This document shows, piece after piece, positions 40,869 through 54,280 of a stretch of DNA of 64,000 nt; position 1 is the stretch's first letter, and each line of letters begins with the position of its first letter. Under the pieces are notes generated by a model. That model saw nothing but the letters and a program-made list of their open reading frames with translations. It was not told the origin of the DNA and made no database searches. The translations under genes were made by a program, and so were the position numbers. The stretch lies in NCBI RefSeq assembly GCF_009914755.1, contig NC_060934.1; one strand, 5' to 3'. The stretch is from the human T2T-CHM13v2.0 reference genome, Homo sapiens.

Positions 40869-41729
40869 TAGAAGGAGTCCAGCATGGTCCCACACAGTGG
40901 TTGCCTGGAGAAGGGAATGACAGTTCCGGAGAGGAACCACGTCCAACCCTATGTGAGGTTTGAATATTCCATCCCACGCCTGCCCATGGTACTTTTAGTT
41001 CTTAAAAAACAGGCAAGATTTCATCAGGAAGGGCAGGGCACCCAGGCAGAGGGAAGGGTGTAAGCAAGGCGTGGCCGCCGGGTCGGACTTGGAGTATGGG
41101 AACGGTGAGCGTGCTGGTGGCTGGCACACAGGGCACGCAGAGGGCACAGCAGCAGGATGGGAGCTAGAGAGAGACTCAAACCAGACCCAGGGCTCTGAAT
41201 GCCATACTCAATGGAGACCTTATCACTGCAGCTGTGGGGGCTCCCAAAGGAGGTTAGAAGCTGGAGCTGGCTGCTTTGATCTGTTGGGAGAGCAATTTTT
41301 TCTGAACCCTTTGCAACACCTACCACAATCCCTCACATACCCTAGCAGCTCAATACACATTTCCAGAGTCCAGCTAAATTACAGCAACATGTGAAATGAT
41401 CTGGGCACGTTCTCAGAATTTGTGAGGCGAATCCAGACCAGCAGAGCCCAGCACGATCTGGAATTTCCTGGGATTCCTATGACCCGTGGGCCCTGGCCCG
41501 GCCAACTTCACTGGGGAATGCCAGGACCAGGCCGGAGACTTCGAGCCCAGTCTGCAAACAGGGTCAGGGTCTTCTCAAAGAGAAGCCGGGGGCATGGCCA
41601 AGAAAAAGACAATAACTGGGTGATCCCACAGGGCGCGAGGTGGAAGCCTCGCAAAGCCCTCCCACAGGCCACCTCTGGGGCACACACCCTGCCATGGTCT
41701 AGTGGGTTTTCTCTTAACCTATATCAAGA

Positions 41730-41905
41730 ATCACTTCTATCTACTGAGCACCTACTAGGTACCAGGCGCTTTACACACATTAGCCACAAGCCAGATTGAA
41801 TTATCCCCATTTTACAGCCATATACAGCAACTCACCCAGGGTCCGGGTTCAAAGCTGGGATTTGAACCCTGGTGGGCCAGCATTCAGGACTGCACTTCCC
41901 ACCAT
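41730..41905 (-). mobile_element. MIR
   Basis: ctactgagcacctactaggtaccaggcgc...ccccattttacag...gctgggatttgaaccc. Confidence 0.7.
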
Positions 41906-41939
41906 GCCTCACCTCTCCATCCCCTAAAAAACCCCTTCA

Positions 41940-42640
41940 AATGCCCATTCAAACAACTACCAGCAAGAGTTCTCCTTAGCATTTATTCCAGAGAGATTAA
42001 GATTTACGTTCACACACAAATGTTTGTAACAGCCCTTTATTCATAACAGCCAAAACCAGGAAATACTCCACAGACGCTTTGCTGGGTGAACAATTAGACA
42101 AAATGTGGCAGGGCACAGCCACACTGTGGAATACTACTCGGCAATAAGAAGGAACCAACCAGAGACACACGCCACAACCTGGATGAGCCTCCAGAGACTC
42201 ATGCAGAGTGAAAGAGCCAGTCCCCAAAGGCTCACTATTCTAGGAGTCCATTTATATCCCTTTCTTAAAATGGCAAAATTATAGAATTAGTGAAGAGATG
42301 AATGGCTGTCAGGGGTTGGGGATGGGGCGTGGGAGCAGGAGGGAAATGGGCGTGGCTATGAAAAGACAGCGGGAGGGATCCTTGGAGACAGACATGTTCT
42401 GTGTCTTGACTGTATCCGTGACAATTTTCTGCTTGTGATGCTGCATTAGTTTGGTAGGATTTACCATTAGGGGACAGCGAGTAAGGGATATGCGAGATTT
42501 CTCTGTATTATTTCCTGTAACTGCATGAGTGTAAATGATCTCAAAAAAAAAATTTTAAATAAATCCCAATCTATGCATTTATCAAAATTCATAGCACTAA
42601 CCACCAAAAGAGTGTATTATGCTATATATAAGTTTTTAAA
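41940..42640 (+). mobile_element. Old L1 (L1MB/L1MC-like) 3' fragment
   Basis: ctttattcataacagccaaaacc...gtggaatactactcggcaataagaaggaac...catgcagagtgaaagagccagtcccc...ctctgtattatttcctgtaactgcatgagtg. Confidence 0.8.
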
Positions 42641-42780
42641 ACTTTTTTTAAAGCCCACTGATTATACCAGGGAGACCGTGTGCGCGGGAAGGGGAGGAAC
42701 GTGTGTGTGGAATTTAGCGGCCCTGGCCTTCGCCATGAAATCACTCGACTTCAGTTTCCTCATCTTTAAAATGGGGCTGA

Positions 42781-43075
42781 GGCTGGTCACAGTGGCTTGC
42801 ACCAGTGATCCCAGCATTTGAGAGGTTGAGGCAAAAGGACTGCTTGAGACCAGGAGTTCAAGACCAGCCTAGGCAACACAGCAAGACTCCATCTCTACAA
42901 AAAATAAAAACTAAAAAAAAAAAATAGCCAGGCGTGGGAGTGTATGCCTGTAGTCGCAGGTACTCAGAAGTCTGAGGCAAGATGGCTTGAGCCCAGGAGT
43001 TTGAAGTTGAAATGAGCTATGATCATGCTACTGCACTCCAGCCTGGTGATAGAGGGAGACCTTATATCAAAAGAA
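42781..43075 (+). mobile_element. AluJ-like element
   Basis: ggctggtcacagtggcttgcacc...tgcttgagaccaggagttcaagaccagcctaggcaacacagc...gagctatgatcatgctactgcactccagcc. Confidence 0.9.
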
Positions 43076-43083
43076 ATAATTAA

Positions 43084-43372
43084 GCTGGGTGCAGTGGGTC
43101 ATGCCTGTAATCCCAGCACTACGGGAGACTGACGTCAGTGGATCACTTGAAGTCAGGAGTTCAAGACCAGCCTGGCCAACACGGTGAAACCCCAACTCTA
43201 CTAAAAAATGCAAAAATTAGCTTGGCATGGTGGTGCATGCCTGTGATCCCAGCTACTCAGGAGGCTGAGGCGCAGGAAACACTTGAACCTGGGAGACAGA
43301 GGCTGCAGTGAGCCGAGATTACACCACTGTACTCCAGCCTGGGCCACAGAGCAATACCCTGTCTCAAAAAAT
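43084..43372 (+). mobile_element. AluS element in tandem with the preceding AluJ; both sit inside a MIR
   Basis: gctgggtgcagtgggtcatgcctgtaatcccagc...gagcaataccctgtctcaaaaaa; MIR flanks at about 42745-42780 and 43400-43480. Confidence 0.92.
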
Positions 43373-44699
43373 AATTATTATTATTAAGTAATTAAACACA
43401 ATGAGGATAATACCTTTGCCCTGGGGCTGCTGTAAGATTTAAATAAGAAAACACATATAAAAAAGCTCGGCACAGAGAAGGCCAGGCATTGGTGTCCATT
43501 CCCCTTTGCACAAGTAGCAATCGTGGGCCGCACTCTCATCGGGCACCATCCTTGCATCTCGGCTGCAGTTTTCCTTGCCCTGTATTTAAGTCTTGTATTG
43601 TCACTTCCCAGTCCCCACATTCACCTCCCACCTCTCTCCTGTGACTCCCTGGGCAGTGCTCATGATAGTGGGCCTCCAGCCTGCTTCCATACACAGCTAG
43701 GGCTACCCAATATCTGCCAAAGGAGGGCTAGGTGAGGGTCTCCCCTTGGCTGGCACCCCAACCTGATCATGGAGACACAGTGCTCTCTGACTCAACCCCA
43801 GGAGCCCCTACTCAATGACTCATCTTCACCAGGATTTCCACTGAAAAGAGCAAAAGGCAAGGTCAGACTTCCCATTGATCCATGTTTATGCTCCCTGGGT
43901 GCAGACACGGTGGCAGGGGGCCCCTGCCCACCTCCCAAGTCCTCACCCCAAGAGTGCATCTGCCCAAGAACGGCCCCAAACTTGCCAGCATTGTGCCCAA
44001 AGCAAGGCCTATGGGTGGGAGGGCACACACACAGGTGGCTGCTGCCGTGGTCAGCAAGACGCCCCATGCCCAGAGCCCATCTCCACCCCCATGTGCCCCA
44101 CACAGCCACACTTCCAGCCACAGCCCTCCACCCTCACCTCCATTCCCATCTCCCTGGGCATCCACCAGAGGCTGGGTCCTTCTCAGCTAATCCTCTCACG
44201 TTCCTATGAACAGGCATTATGGTTGGTAGTATGCACATTTTCCAGATGGGAAGACTGAGGCTCCAAGAAAAGAAATCAAGTCATTTGCCCAATATCATAC
44301 ATCTAGCAGGGGCAAGACCAGGATTCAAACCCAGGCCTTCCTCCCCAGGCCACTCTGTCTCTGACACCACAGAAACAGGGGGGACAGCTTTGCTCTCACA
44401 CAAGTCCTTGCTAACATGAAATTTTCTTGCTTTTGTTCTACAGTCTTCAATGTGTCTTCATTTGTTTGCAACCGCTGAACACAGCTATCTGATATCACTG
44501 TGGCCTGGGACTCTCAGCTTCCAGCAAGTGGGAGCCCCACTTGGCTCATCCACTTCAAAAGAGGATTGCATGCTAATGAATTAATACATACAAGAAAGTG
44601 TTGCAAACTCTACAATCCTATATAAATCTTAAGAAGATTAGAAGTTTACCAAATGCTCTGTAATGCATTTTGAAGGGCTATCCCTTAAAAGAAACTGGA

Positions 44700-45200
44700 A
44701 ATCAGCAAGACAAGCTTTTCCTTCTTTTAGTGTCTTTATTTAGCCTGTACTTACTACTTGCACACATTAGTTTCACAGTTAATTTTACCGCCTTAAAAAC
44801 AGGACTCAGATCAAAACCTAAACATGAGAACTCAGCCACTGACAGTGATTTTCCTGGTGGCTCCCGGAAGTCATTGCTCTCAGAGCTTCCATTTCCCCCT
44901 CCCATTAAGCAAAGGAAATAGGAGGGGAAGACAGCAATTCCACAAGGTCTTTGTGCACTTTGAAACTTTCGTAGCTTCAGTTGTTGGTGTGACAAAAGCA
45001 ATCTGTGGGCAGAATCCAGAAGCAAGTATATGAACATTTGGGGAAGGGTGTTGCTTAGTGGGTCACGTTGTCTCCTGCCAAATTCTGTGACAACCCTAAA
45101 GTGCGAGAAGGGTTCCGAGGGGAGCCGAATGCTGCAGTCAAGCTTCATATCCGCCAAGACAAAGGGATTTAATCTGCTTGGGGACGCTTCTGCTTGCTGA
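44700..45200 (-). mobile_element. Possible decayed non-LTR retrotransposon reverse-transcriptase remnant (RTE/L4-like)
   Basis: ORF 44702..45157(-) has SEPF...GRRQRDPLSNTLPQMFI (compare RT motif GxRQGDPLSPxLF) and ASSKYRLNKDTK (compare xxKYGLxINxKKTK); no intact YADD. Confidence 0.45.
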
Positions 45201-45489
45201 TTTTATATACTAACTAAGTCATCTGAGTCTAAAGGATAAAAGTTGAAAGCTGCCTAAGAACTTTATCCAGGGCCTCTACTTTCCCAGACCAAGTTGATAC
45301 TGGAAAGAGAGTCTGGTGTTTCAACCAGAGTTCAGGACCCACGAATGTGCAGCTTCTATACTATAGTGAACATTTCAACGACTCCCACAGCCAGGGTTCC
45401 CATGTCTTCAGGTCCTGCTGAGAAACAACTAACAATCCTGCCAGCACCACCCTCAACACACAGAAAAAAAGAGGCAAAGAAAACCTCTT

Positions 45490-45875
<386 letters not shown>

Positions 45876-48094
45876 TTAGCCAAAGCAACAGTGCCAGGCC
45901 CTGTGCTTACTGCAACCTCAGAGTATCCCTATCAGAGGGTACTACTGTTATCCCATTTTACAGAGGGGGAAAGTGAGGCCCAGGTCTAAGGTCACCTAGT
46001 TGTGAACAAGGCACAAAGACTCAACCCACATCTACAGAACTCCAAAGTCTGTCTTAACCCCTGGACCCCACTACTCCAAGACCTGTAAGTTTCATTGTTA
46101 ATTATCCTTTAAGTACTTGATTTGTCAGCTAAATGATCAAATGCCAAAGCAGACACTAATTTTGCAATACACACACTCTCTAATACAGCCCATCCTGAGG
46201 TGTCCCAGCCAAACATCAACCTTCTGGAACTGATGTTGAAACATGGTATTAGGGGTTCCACTGTAAGCAAGAAAAATGGGCAGATGACGAGTATCTTGGA
46301 GAGGGTAGAAGCGGGACAGGAAGCCATCACTTTCCCTCCTTAACTGCATGGATGTGCAGACATGGTGGGTAACCTGCAGAGGGTGAAGTGTCTTCCAGGA
46401 AGCTCAGGGTGCTCCTGGGCCTGCAGGGAGTCACAATGGCTTCTTGCAACCCCAGCTGGAACCTGTATCCATCTGTCCCTATCTCCTCAGGTCCTGTGCC
46501 TCCTGCCTATGCCTCCCCCACTGCCACCCTGTCCTTCTCTCAAAGTTCATTTCCAGGTTGTTTGTGGGGAGCCCCCCCTCCACATGTGCAGCCTAGGTGT
46601 TGCCCTCCCTCAGTCATCCTGTGGCCTCAGCACAGAGCCTGCCCACAGCAGCAACCTGACTGATGTCTATCTGCTAAGTCAGTATCACAGCAAGAGCACT
46701 GAACTTGAGTCCACGCTCAGCCCAGCTCAGTCCCAGAGGAGCTGCAGGGCCCTGGCTAAGCTCTGCAACTTTGCTCAGCTTTCTGCCTTTGTAACATGTA
46801 AGACGTTACCCTTGTGCTGCCCGCCTCAGCTATAAGTTAAGGAGGTAACGCCCTGTAGGTGGGGGCACTACAAAAATATCCCTAGAAACACTGAAATCCC
46901 TAGGTAGGCACAATTCCTAGCAGGGCATAGGCCCTTATTAAATGCTCATAAATTGGATAAAAGCATCTCGTCTTCACAGCTACAGCATTAGCTTCTAGGG
47001 GCCAAGAATATGTTTTTGAGTCCTCCAAGCACCTTGCTCCTGCAACTGGGCTGGTGGACATTCAGCAGGGCAAGTGAGAGTGGCTGGCTGTACGCATGAA
47101 GCACCTGCTGTCCTTAGACAGAGAGGGCATACTCACCCCTTCCTCATCCCTCCCTCCACAGGAAGGTGTGTCCTCAGAGGTGCTTTCTTCAGTAACTGGG
47201 GCTAAAACATATTCCCTGATCTAGTCCTTCAGGTAATCAAAGGCCACCGAAGGCCACACTTGGGGAAGGACTGGGAGTCACACTACACAGCTTGAAAGAG
47301 ACTTGACCTGGGCCCCTGGCTGAACAAAGTGGCCCAGGCTCGCCTATGTGTCTCCTTAATGGAAGGGGGAAAAACAAAACAAGACAAAACAGTAAACTGA
47401 GCTGCTGAACCAAATCGGAACTCTGTTCTCCTGGACTTTTCAATGTTGTAGGGATTTTCTGCTTTTTAAAGCAAATAACATTTCAAGAGGAGGGGGAGGA
47501 ATGACATTATTCAGGGACATAAAAGTGCTGGGATCCAAAAAGCCAAAACAAATCTCAACATGGGAATGAGACAGCCCATGTTGTTTCTTGAAACTGAAGC
47601 CAACTGCATGCATGACTTGTCAAGAGTCCATTTATCAATGAAAAATAACTGATGGACGAGCTTCCTATAGGCACTCCCGTAATTCTCACGACCGCTCATG
47701 TCCTTTTAACCCACAAACACTATGAAAGAAGAGCTTGCTATAGACTGGAAGCTGCTTGACACACTCAAAAGGAAGGAGACGAGGGACAAGAGGCACGGAG
47801 AGAGGAGAACTCACACTTACCGAGTGGCCACAGAGCTAGATGCCGCCTTCTGCTCCAAACCGGGGGAAGGGAAAGAATGGGAAGAGAACCAGAGGACAAT
47901 GAGGGGACCGCAGCGGGCCCCAAAGATAATCTACTATCATGTTAAGCCACTTAGCCTAAGACAACCATGACCTGTTCTTCAGTCGGACCTATTTATAAGT
48001 ATACTGAATTTACTCAAACCATGACTAAAAACCAACAGAAGAGGGGTGGAAAAAAAAGATTTAAAAACAAAAATGGAAAGACCCAAACAAAAGG

Positions 48095-48410
48095 CTGTGT
48101 GGCCTAGGTGGATCAAGCAGGACTTAGGGGATGGGGGCTCTGGGCTTGACAGTGCCACTTACTGGCTCTGCCCAGTTTGCCAAGTTATTTCCCTCCTCGG
48201 AGCCTCAGTTCCCTCATGAGTCAAATAGGATGCTGGGCCAGATAAGCTCCGTTTCTGACTAGTGAGACTCTAACTGTAGTCACGTATCAGCTGTGTGGCT
48301 TCAGCCAGGTCTTTATGACTCTCTGGGCCTCAGTTTCCTCACGTGTCACAGGCAAATGGCAACTCTGGAGAGAGCATGAAAATCAATAGATTTGAAGGTA
48401 CTGAATGAAC
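48095..48410 (+). mobile_element. Two tandem MIR fragments
   Basis: gagcctcagttccctcatgagtcaaatagg and tctctgggcctcagtttcctcacgtgtc. Confidence 0.65.
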
Positions 48411-49778
48411 TATAAGAAAGGACAGTAAGCTGATGATGCCTGTCCTGGAACAACTGCTATGCTGGCCTTTCCAGTCCTACTCAGACCTGACCTGCAGTTC
48501 AAGGTCCCAGGAAACTGGACAAAGGCAAAGGCCAAATCCTTACTTGCTGCCATCAAAGTGCCCTGGCTATGACCTCCCATAAAGCAGAGTCGGAGCAGGC
48601 CACAGGGACTCTTCCAATGGGTGGGACCGAGGTAGCGGGGAGGTGGTGTTGCAGAACCTGCCCCTCTCTTACATATCCATGGGGTGAGGATGGGGATGTA
48701 TGCGTGATTGCATTTTCCAAGCTCAATCCTTATGCATACAGGGGCATCTTGGTGTCTTTCAGTGACGCTAACAACAACCTGATTTAGAGGAGTTTCTTGG
48801 AGAGCCAGGAAGTTAGCCAGTGACCAGTTTTGACATCTTCATCTTCTAGGACAACTCTCAGGACAAGAATCTCCTTTTCCTTTACAAAATGTTTATGAGC
48901 TCTCGGACTCTCCCTCTCCTGCAGGACAATCCACCCCCAGCCCAGGCTACAGACACAGCTTTCCTACCGGTGCAGCTCCAGTCACTCAGCAGGCAGGGAG
49001 AAGCATTCCTGTTGGTGTCTACAGCTCTCACAGAACCCCCAAAGACACTGCACAGAGGGAAGGTAATCTCTCAGCAGCTGGGCCTTGGAACACAGCTGCG
49101 AGGGCAGTGATCTCTTTATCTAGGAGGCCTGCAGGCTGGTAGCCCCAACACACCGGTCTAAGACTATATCACACTGGGACATGACAGGTGATGCAAGAAG
49201 GTCCCAACAAGCTCTGTAAGAACTGCTATAGGCACGAGAGGCACCAGGTTGCCCATGTGCCACCCACTCATCAGAGGTCACATCCTAACCTCAGCTCACA
49301 CTTCAGGACTTCCCCCTTCCTGATCTGACTGAGTCATATCTACCAACCTACAGGGTCTGTTGTAGAAATTAATCAGACAGGCTCATCAATCACATGGTAA
49401 GCCTTCCGCCTTCTCCCTTCTACCCCCACATCGCGCTGCAAGCTCCACCACACATTCGAGAATGCCATCATCTGCCAAAACAAAACTGGAGGGACTCTAA
49501 GCTGCCAGGCGGGTCTGTCACATGACAAGTATACCCGAGCTCTGTGGCACCTCTCAGGTCAAACAGCCAAAGCTATCTACCTGACTCCTACTGCAGGGGA
49601 GGGTTCTGGAGGGCAGGATAAATTCTAGTAAGACTACTCCCACCACCAGCCACAGCACAATGGCGGGGGAGCCGCTGCATGTGTAACAACAGCCATCTGT
49701 CTATTCACAGATCAAAATAGCACCAGATTCTTGCCTCTTAAGGCAGAGAAAGAGATTTCTGCAAAGAAGGGCTTCACC

Positions 49779-50105
49779 GCCAGGCGCAGTGGCTCACGCC
49801 TATAATCCCTGCACTTGGGCAGGCTGACGCAGGTGAAATGCTTGAGCCCAAGAGTTCAAGACCAGCTGGGCAACATGGAGAAATCCCCATCTCTATAAAA
49901 AATTTAAAAAATAGCCAGGTATGGTGGCATACACCTGTGGTCCCAGCTACACAGGAGGCTGAGTAGGGAGCCAGGAAGGTCAAGGCTGCAGTGAGCTATG
50001 ATAGCAACACTTCACTACAGCTTAAGTGACAGAGAAAGATCCTGTCTCACAAAAAAAATAAAAAAAAAAGAAGAAGAAGAAAGAAGGAAGAAGACGAAGA
50101 AAGGC
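49779..50105 (+). mobile_element. AluJ-like element with internal deletion and (GAA)n tail
   Basis: gccaggcgcagtggctcacgcctataatccc...tgcttgagcccaagagttcaagacc; tail aagaagaagaaagaaggaagaagacgaag; imperfect TSD gaa(g/a)ggcttca. Confidence 0.9.
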
Positions 50106-50874
50106 TTCATGAAGTCCTAATTCAAAGCTAAGTCCAGGCATTTGGCTTTAAATTACTTAGAACTGGCCACGGAATTAATCTAAGAAGTTTGGAGGAACAG
50201 CTGCTCAACGGGTCTTGAGCTCCTTCTTTATTTTTTGGCATGCCATGGGGGTGGGGGAACAGGAGAAGAAAGGGGCACCTCATTTGCAAACACTTGCCCC
50301 ACTTCCTTCTAAGCACTCTGGATATGACAATCAGGCCTCCTGACTTAGGGCAAAGACCTGGGTGGAGGGGTGTTAAAGAGGAAATGACACAGCCAACCAG
50401 AGTCACCCGGCTTTAAAGCAAACACCTTGGGATGCCAAGGTGAACTCTTCTCGGCTTTTCGTTACAGATCTAAGCGAGAGTCAAAAGACTCTGGAAGAGT
50501 TAACCCAACTTCCAAAAATGAGTAATCATCTTCCTCGTTAGAAATGGCCCAGGCTCCAGAAACAAAGATTCATTCTATTGTTTGTCCGCAGCACACCCCA
50601 AAATGCTTGAAAGACTGCCAAGTACACCAGCTGCGGCTATAGCTGTCACTGTCCCCCTAGTGGAGCCATCTGAACCAGGCTTGGTTGTACTTCCCTTGCT
50701 CTCAGGAAGCTCATTCACTAAGTCAGCAGCAAAACTCTAAAGCCAGGCCTCTGAGCACTCCTCCATGCACCTCCCAAACCAAATGTGGACTGGCCTTCAC
50801 CTCGCTGTGGAAAGGGGTTCTTCCCCAGTGTCATCTGGATGGAGTTCAAAAATGTGCAGGAGAAGGAAAAGTTA

Positions 50875-51222
<348 letters not shown>

Positions 51223-51283
51223 TCAGGAGCAGACCCAAGGGAGGTGGCATAGATATGTTCTCAGACTTAAAAATAATAATAAT

Positions 51284-51480
51284 ACCAGCCTAGGCAATAT
51301 AGTGAGACCTCGTCTTGACAAAAAAATAAATTAGCCAGGCATGGTGGCATGTGCCTGCAGCCCCAGATACTCAGGAGGCGGAAGCAAGAGAATCACTTAG
51401 GCAAGCCAAGGCTGCAGTCAGCCATGATCACACCACTGCCTCCAGCCTGGGCAATAAAGTGAGGTCCTAGCTTCGAAAAT
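51284..51480 (+). mobile_element. 5'-truncated AluJ/FRAM-like fragment
   Basis: accagcctaggcaatatagtgagacc...ttagccaggcatggtggc...ggctgcagtcagccatgatcacaccactg. Confidence 0.8.
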
Positions 51481-51720
51481 AATTTTTTTTTAAGTCATAA
51501 AATGTAAAAACAAAAAAAGAAACCCTATCCGACTGAATAACTGGATGGGATCAGAATTGATGAAATTTAACAAGTACTGGTCAGAGGTTGACATTGAAGC
51601 ACCAAAACCCAGTTTCCAGTGTGCTGGATGAACAGTTAACAGCATGCCACCAGTCCTGACAAAAGCCTGCGTGGCAGGCAACTGTACTCATTCATTCAAC
51701 AAACCCTTACTGAGTGACTA

Positions 51721-52227
<507 letters not shown>

Positions 52228-52984
52228 TCAGAAATCTGCATCACAACCTTCATGGGATGGGTGCAAAGTCACCCTGCAGTCTCTCCCTCCCACATCCTGG
52301 CAGGTCCCCTGCCTGGACAGACTCTTACTCGCTTCAATTATTAATAAATCAACAAACTACTGACTAGAACTGTGATGTTCACGAGGCCCAAGTCTAGCAA
52401 GTGCCGGAGGTGGCATCCACATCCACAAGGCCCCAGCAAACAAGGCTGGCAGAGCCGCACTGCAGGCTTCAGTTCTAGCTGACCTTGTCCTGCAGGGTAT
52501 GGCCTGAAGGTCACAGTCTGTAAGGGAGTCTCCCCAAGCGACGCCAACCACACCCCTGGGCGAACCTTGCTTCCAGAGACCACACTGGGCCAGGTCTCCT
52601 TTTGCAGAGCTTACTTATGGGAGACAGTAAAGGAGTAAGACAGCTTCCTCAAGACTCAGCAGAATCCAACTTAAAGTCACTTGCCTTTCACAAGGGGGAA
52701 CAAGTCAACCTCTAGAGAGATGAGCGTAAAACATAACCTGCCTGTGTCCTCGTGCGGTTCTATCCTCCTTACTCACTCTCCCTGTGAACACGTGTGTGAG
52801 TGCCAAATCAGCCTGCCCTGCAGACTGTCCTACTCATGAGCAAAATAGTACATATCGTATCGTTAGGCACAGCCAAGATGGGAAGTGGCCTAACCGCCTA
52901 ACAGGAAGGACAGGATAAATACACACTGCAACACCATGCAAAGGACGAAACGCAGCTTTCTAAGAGGCTACGAGAATATGTGGA

Positions 52985-53363
52985 AGCTTAAAAAATTTTG
53001 ATCTCATAGAAGTAAAAAGCAGAACAGAGGAGACTAGAGGCTGGGAAGGGTAGGGGGAAGGCGGGGAACAGGAAGAGATTTGTTAAAGGATACAAAATTA
53101 CAGCCAGATAGAAGGAGTACGTTCTAGTGTTCTATAGCACTGTAGGATGACTAGAGTTAACAATATTATGTAGTTTCAAATAGTTAGAAGAAAGATATTG
53201 AACACTCCTGACACAAAGAAATGATAAACGTTTGAGATGTTGGAAATGCTAATCACCCTGAGCCGATCATCATACATTATATGTGTTGCAACATCACTAT
53301 GTACCCCATAAATAAGTACAATTATGTGTCAATTTAAATTTTAATTTTAAAAATTAAAAAAAA
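52985..53363 (+). mobile_element. L1MA-type 3' end
   Basis: agaggctgggaagggtaggggg...ggatacaaaattacag...gttctagtgttctatagcactgtagg...cacaaagaaatgataaa...ctatgtaccccataaata, then an A-rich end. Confidence 0.85.
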
Positions 53364-53379
53364 GAAGGCTTTGGGAGCC

Positions 53380-53900
53380 CAACACATCCAAAGAGGAAAC
53401 CATCTTCAGGTATAGTGCTAAGTAGAAAAGCAAAGATCAGAACAGTGGGTATATTAAGCTCCCATTTGGGTGAAACTAAATAAATAATTGTGCCAATAAT
53501 ACAGAAGTCCTGGAAGGATACAAAGGAAACTTAACATAAAACCTGTCTTCAGGGAGCGGAAATGGGTAGCCGGGAACAGAGATGAGAGAAGACTCTTCAA
53601 GAAATGGCTTTTTGTATGTTTTCAATTTTGAACCAAACGAGATATTGACTTTCACAAGAAATAGGTAATACTTTCTAAAATCAAAAATATAAAAAATACT
53701 GTATTTTTATACACACATTTGTGTGTGTATATATCTGCATATTCTTGCACATGCATATGGAATATCTCTGGGAGGACAAACAAGAAAATGACAACAGGAG
53801 CTCCCCCCAGGAAGGAGGGAGACGTGTAGCTGGGGACAGGGATGAGGAAACTGCTTTTCACTGCTGAGTTTGTACACATGCATGTACTGCCTATTCTTAA
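53380..53900 (+). mobile_element. Old L1ME-like fragments
   Basis: gctaagtagaaaagcaaag...ctggaaggatacaaaggaaacttaac...tctgggaggacaaacaagaaaatgacaacag. Confidence 0.5.
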
Positions 53901-53919
53901 AACATTCTGGAGTTCTCCA

Positions 53920-54280
53920 AATACCACATGCAGTTTCCTGCCTCCAGACCTCTGCTCATGCTGGTCTCTCAGGCTAGAACTTGCCACCCACTTCCCCTGC
54001 TCCCTGCTGCCCTCTCAGCCTCCAGACTCTCTAACCTCATCTTTTAGACTCAGCTCAGGTGTCACCACCTCCAGGAAGACCTCCACACTCCACACTGAGT
54101 CAGGTCACGCCCTCTGCCTCTGTGCAGAATGCAGAGCTTGAATCACAGGGCCATGAAATGAACCAGCAAGCTGCCACCCCTACAGACTGTGTGCTTCTGG
54201 AGGGCATGAGCCCAGCCTCAGTCCCCTGAGTCCCCAGAACCTGGCACAAAGAGCTGCTCAGGAAATGTCTGCTGAAACAA
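53920..54280 (+). mobile_element. L2 3' fragment
   Basis: cttttagactcagctcaggtgtcaccacctccaggaag...agactgtgtgcttctggagggca...cccagaacctggcaca...gctcaggaaatgtctgctgaa. Confidence 0.6.

Noticed and set aside
46090-46265. Possible Tigger-type end (ggggttccactgta)
   Set aside because: Only one terminal-repeat-like end was seen and the partner end was not found.
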